From a virus: a DNA stretch of 36,962 nucleotides. Both the position numbers and the translations under genes were made by a program. Shown here in pieces: positions 33,926 to 36,962 of this stretch. Below the pieces are notes generated by a model. That model was not told the origin of the DNA. It did not search any database and worked only from the letters and a program-made list of their open reading frames with translations. Within the stretch, counting starts at the first letter, position 1. Each line of letters starts with the position of its first letter. The stretch lies in IMG/VR virus record IMGVR_UViG_3300027715_000021. One strand, given 5' to 3'.

Positions 33926-34177
33926 TTAATCCTCCAATCCGACATAATCTTTTATATATATACCATCAATTAATTCATCTATATATTTTATTTCTTCTAT
34001 TTCAAAGTTTTCTTTAATTATATTTTTAAAACGCTCTTGAATTTCTTTTTTGCATTTATTACAAAATATTTCATCTTGTATTTTAGAACTACAATTTTCA
34101 CATTTTTTATATTCTTCTTCATCGTATTCATCTACAAATGGCATATCGAATATATCTATATTATTTCTATTTATCAT
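33926..34177 (-). CDS. Small zinc-ribbon protein (83 aa)
   Basis: CENCSSK...CNKCKK cysteine pairs and an acidic N-terminus. Confidence 0.5.
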   Translation of the reverse strand: MINRNNIDIFDMPFVDEYDEEEYKKCENCSSKIQDEIFCNKCKKEIQERFKNIIKENFEIEEIKYIDELIDGIYIKDYVGLED

Positions 34178-34355
34178 TTTCTATTCCTCCTACTAATTCT
34201 TTTAATTTTCTATTTAAGAAACCATTAAAAGTTTCTCCATTTTTTTTAATTTCTACTTTCGCTTTTTCGTATAATTCTATTGGTACTACCAAAGAACTAG
34301 TTTTATAATGTTTCTTTTTATATTCCTTTTGGTATTTAATATAATCATATGCCAT
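34167..34355 (-). CDS. Ribbon-helix-helix-like small DNA-binding protein (putative early regulator)
   Basis: ATG at 34355 after an aaggggg RBS (the track uses GTG at 34364). The pattern KKKHYKTSSLVVPIELYEKAKVEIKKNGETFNGFLNRKL resembles RHH proteins. Confidence 0.4.
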   Translation of the reverse strand: MAYDYIKYQKEYKKKHYKTSSLVVPIELYEKAKVEIKKNGETFNGFLNRKLKELVGGIENDK

Positions 34356-34357
34356 TC

Positions 34358-34492
34358 TTAACACCCCCTTAAAAAATAATATAATATAATATATAATGTA
34401 TAACTTGTAAATATAAATAGTGTCATTCCTCCAAAGTATTTAAAATCTGTTTTAAAATCTTCTTTAGTATATTCTTTTAAAAATTTAATCAT
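34358..34492 (-). CDS. Small membrane protein (44 aa), first gene of the leftward operon
   Basis: ATG at 34492 lies 8 nt after a ggagg RBS. TM stretch MTLFIFTSYTLYIILYYF. It falls below the track cutoff. Confidence 0.4.
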   Translation of the reverse strand: MIKFLKEYTKEDFKTDFKYFGGMTLFIFTSYTLYIILYYFLRGC

Positions 34493-34567
34493 TTATATAA
34501 CCTCCTTTATAACTATATAAAACAGTGTTTTTAATTTGCTTCTCTGCAATTTGTTTTTGATAATCCT

Positions 34568-34596
34568 ATTATACAACATATTATACTATATGTCAA
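34568..34596 (-). promoter_or_regulatory. Perfect consensus sigma-A promoter for the leftward early operon
   Basis: On the minus strand, TTGACA is at 34596..34591, the spacer is 17 nt, and TATAAT is at 34573..34568. Confidence 0.7.
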
Positions 34597-34694
34597 CATT
34601 TTTTATTAAATTTGTTAAACTTATTTTAATAAAACCTTGTAATCTTACTCGCTCTAGTAAATAAATTTTTATTTAAATATTGTAGTTAAAAGTA

Positions 34695-34723
34695 TTGACT
34701 TTATATTATTAATGTTGTATAAT
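34695..34723 (+). promoter_or_regulatory. Sigma-A promoter for the rightward early genes
   Basis: TTGACT at 34695..34700, a 17-nt spacer, and TATAAT at 34718..34723. It lies 27 nt upstream of the HTH gene. Confidence 0.65.
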
Positions 34724-34749
34724 GTTAATATAGAAAGGAAGTGATATAT

Positions 34750-34911
34750 ATGATGACTAAGCAAGAACTTGCTGATTACTTAAAAGTTGGTGTTATTACA
34801 ATAGAAAGAAATGTTAAAAAAGGGATGCCTAACTATAAACTACCACAAGGTTCAATAAGATTTAAAATTGAAGAAGTAGAAGAATGGATGAAAAATAATT
34901 CTAATAAATAG
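34750..34911 (+). CDS. Excisionase/MerR-type helix-turn-helix DNA-binding protein (53 aa)
   Basis: MTKQELADYLKVGVITIERNVKKGMPNYKLP...RFKIEEVEEWM is the typical Xis/AlpA-type HTH_17 pattern. Confidence 0.6.
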   Translation: MMTKQELADYLKVGVITIERNVKKGMPNYKLPQGSIRFKIEEVEEWMKNNSNK

Positions 34912-34926
34912 AAAGGAACGAATTAA

Positions 34927-35610
34927 ATGGCTAAAAGAAGAATGTTTAGTTTAAATGTTATAGATACAGATATATTTATTGAAATGCCACAAAGTAGTAG
35001 ATTATTATATTATGAACTTTGTATGAGAGCTGATGACGATGGATTTGTTTCAAGTCCTAAAAAAATACAAAAAATGGTTGGTTGTAATGAAGATGATTTT
35101 AAAATATTAATAACAAAACAATTTATATTGCCTTTTGAAAGTGGAATAATAGTGATAAAACATTGGAAATTACATAATTATATACAAAAAGATAGATATA
35201 CTTCTAGTATTTATACTACCGAAAAAAATATATTAGAACAAGATGAAAACGGAGTGTATACAAAATGTATACAAGATGGATACGAAATGGATACACAGGT
35301 TAGGTTAGGTAAGGTAAGTAAAGATAAGGATAGTATAGATTATATAGTTGATGAAAAAAAAGAAACTAAAAAAACTTATGGAGAATATAAACGAATAAAA
35401 CTAACTGATACTGAATATAATAAACTTATAACAGATTTTGGAGAATATAAAATAAAAGAACAAATTGAATTAATGGACCAATACATAGAAAGTAATAATA
35501 ACAAAAATAAATATACTAATTTTAATTTAGTAATAAGAAAAAGTCTAAAAGAAAATTGGTTTAATAAAACTAAAAATTCTAAAGAAATAGAGGAGTGGTT
35601 AAATGAATAA
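34927..35610 (+). CDS. Replication initiation or replisome-organiser protein (putative)
   Basis: The N-terminal block RRMFSLNVIDTDIFIEMPQSSRLLYYELCMRADDDGFV...IIVIKHWKLHNYIQKDRY matches a widespread Firmicute phage and ICE replication-protein N-terminus. Confidence 0.55.
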   Translation: MAKRRMFSLNVIDTDIFIEMPQSSRLLYYELCMRADDDGFVSSPKKIQKMVGCNEDDFKILITKQFILPFESGIIVIKHWKLHNYIQKDRYTSSIYTTEKNILEQDENGVYTKCIQDGYEMDTQVRLGKVSKDKDSIDYIVDEKKETKKTYGEYKRIKLTDTEYNKLITDFGEYKIKEQIELMDQYIESNNNKNKYTNFNLVIRKSLKENWFNKTKNSKEIEEWLNE

Positions 35611-35839
35611 TGCAAAAGTTGAAATAGAATTAGGATACTATAAAGAATTAATTGAGAAAAGTTTTATTTATAATAAAATAGAAAATATTATAATACAAAA
35701 CACTGAATATGATGGAATACAAGATATAAAAAAAGATGATATAACAACTTTAATGATACCAAAAAGAAAATGTTTTAATAGTTCTAGTATATTAGATTTA
35801 ATAGCAACAGAATATAATATATTATTAGAGGAAGAATAA
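35603..35839 (+). CDS. Hypothetical protein (78 aa)
   Basis: Track ORF overlapping the upstream stop. Confidence 0.5.
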   Translation: MNNAKVEIELGYYKELIEKSFIYNKIENIIIQNTEYDGIQDIKKDDITTLMIPKRKCFNSSSILDLIATEYNILLEEE

Positions 35840-35840
35840 T

Positions 35841-36113
35841 ATGGATAAAATAGAATTTTTTAAAATATTTAAAGAACTATGTATATATTATAATAACAAA
35901 ACATATGAGAACAAGAAATTAACTGGATTATACTATAATAAAGTCCAAAACAAGACTATAGAAGAACTTAAAAATTATATAGTAAAACTTATATCTAATA
36001 ATATATATATGCCTAAAGTGGCTGAATTTGGAAGTATAACAAAAAATAAGAGAGAAGCTAATTTTGAACAAAGAGAATATACAGAAGAGTTTATTAATAG
36101 CTTTTATGATTAG
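35841..36113 (+). CDS. Hypothetical protein (90 aa), possibly a helicase-loader-like accessory
   Basis: It lies after the replication protein. The resemblance to G39P-type loaders is weak. Confidence 0.35.
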   Translation: MDKIEFFKIFKELCIYYNNKTYENKKLTGLYYNKVQNKTIEELKNYIVKLISNNIYMPKVAEFGSITKNKREANFEQREYTEEFINSFYD

Positions 36114-36122
36114 GAGGAATAG

Positions 36123-36302
36123 ATGTATAAAGAAATAATCTATTATTATAGTTGTGAAAAATGTAAATATTATATTAATAACATGACATATAAACCTAAG
36201 ATAGTTTCATATGAATCAGGAGAATTTTCAAATTTAATGAAATGTCCAAATTGTAAAACTAAAAATTTTATTTATAGCAAAATTAAATTAAAGGAGAATT
36301 AA
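36123..36302 (+). CDS. Small zinc-ribbon protein (59 aa)
   Basis: CEKCK ... CPNCK pairs. ATG after an aggagg RBS. It falls below the track cutoff. Confidence 0.5.
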   Translation: MYKEIIYYYSCEKCKYYINNMTYKPKIVSYESGEFSNLMKCPNCKTKNFIYSKIKLKEN

Positions 36303-36303
36303 T

Positions 36304-36549
36304 ATGAAATTAAAAGAATTGGAAAAGTTTGGGTTTGAAAAACAAATAGATCATAATGTGATTTATTATTTAAAAGAAAATATTTATGATGATAATATGG
36401 AAATAGCAGATTTGAAAATTTCAGAAAAAGATAGAATAATTACAACTCTTTTTATGAGCAAAGAAAATATGGGTTATCCTAGTTTTAATATTGAACACGA
36501 TGATACAATATACGACTTAATAAAAGCTGATTTAGTAGAGAAGGTGTAG
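36304..36549 (+). CDS. Hypothetical protein (81 aa)
   Basis: Track ORF with an aaggag RBS. Confidence 0.5.
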   Translation: MKLKELEKFGFEKQIDHNVIYYLKENIYDDNMEIADLKISEKDRIITTLFMSKENMGYPSFNIEHDDTIYDLIKADLVEKV

Positions 36550-36550
36550 T

Positions 36551-36754
36551 ATGAAATATAAAGAGATCACATTAATACTACTAAAAAATATAGATATTGA
36601 ATGTGTAGATAGCGAACGATATAAAAATTGCAAATGGAATAAGAAAGCAAAATATAATGAAAATGGAATTTGCATAAATGCACATGATTTAGAAGATATT
36701 TGTGGAAAATGTTTGTTGAAAAATATAAAAGAAGTTATGGAGGAGATGAGTTAG
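36551..36754 (+). CDS. Hypothetical Cys-containing protein (67 aa)
   Basis: Track ORF, tightly coupled to its neighbours. Confidence 0.5.
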   Translation: MKYKEITLILLKNIDIECVDSERYKNCKWNKKAKYNENGICINAHDLEDICGKCLLKNIKEVMEEMS

Positions 36755-36962
36755 ATGAAACTAATAATACACAATAAAACAAATTTAAAAAATAGTGAAA
36801 TAGTAAAATATATAAATCAAGCTTTATTCGAAATTGAAAATAATGATGCAAAAGATAATTATAAATGGAGAATATTTGAATTTAAAGATGGTATGAAACT
36901 AGAAACTTGTTTGAATAAAAAAAGTAGAACATTTTTATTACATGAATAAAGGAGTTGAGTTA
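36738..36962. repeat. Terminal direct repeat or circular-assembly overlap, identical to 1..225
   Basis: See the feature at 1..225. Confidence 0.95.
36755..36949 (+). CDS. Hypothetical small phage protein (the same gene as 18..212)
   Basis: Identical sequence inside the terminal overlap. Confidence 0.6.
   Translation: MKLIIHNKTNLKNSEIVKYINQALFEIENNDAKDNYKWRIFEFKDGMKLETCLNKKSRTFLLHE

Overview
The window is a complete, strongly AT-rich dsDNA phage genome of about 36,737 bp. It is written with a 225-bp overlap: 1..225 is identical to 36738..36962. The endolysin (Amidase_2 plus two SH3b repeats) and the codon style point to a Clostridium-type Firmicute host. No integrase, CI-type repressor or partition genes are visible, so the phage looks virulent or non-integrating.

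Layout:
- Rightward early genes (34750..36962, continuing into 1..1244): excisionase-type HTH, replication organiser, many small ORFs and two membrane proteins.
- A 750-nt ORF-free RNA locus (1245..2000) with a consensus promoter, an sRNA-like hairpin plus terminator unit, an initiator-type tRNA-Met(CAU), a CCA-ended tRNA-like minihelix and further stems.
- Rightward late operon (2001..27100): TerS, TerL, portal, collagen-like protein, three-module CBM-like fibre, scaffold and major capsid. A sugar cassette (UDP-sugar 4,6-dehydratase plus a 781-aa triple glycosyltransferase) sits directly behind the capsid gene. Virion proteins, a cluster of small membrane proteins, a 1364-aa protein, the endolysin and an HNH moron follow.
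- Leftward early operon (34492 down to 27116): RHH-like and XRE regulators, ERF recombinase, two adjacent tandem-repeat proteins, macro domain, NinB-like protein, AbrB-like protein, RusA and an ArpU/sigma-like regulator.

Most interesting observations:
- the structured RNA locus
- the capsid-adjacent glycosylation cassette, whose C-terminal domain is duplicated as the next small ORF
- the two repeat proteins
- four lesions or recoding-like sites (amber codon, two +1 shifts, one missing start codon) confined to the distal leftward operon

All calls come from reading the sequence and the ORF track. No searches were run.
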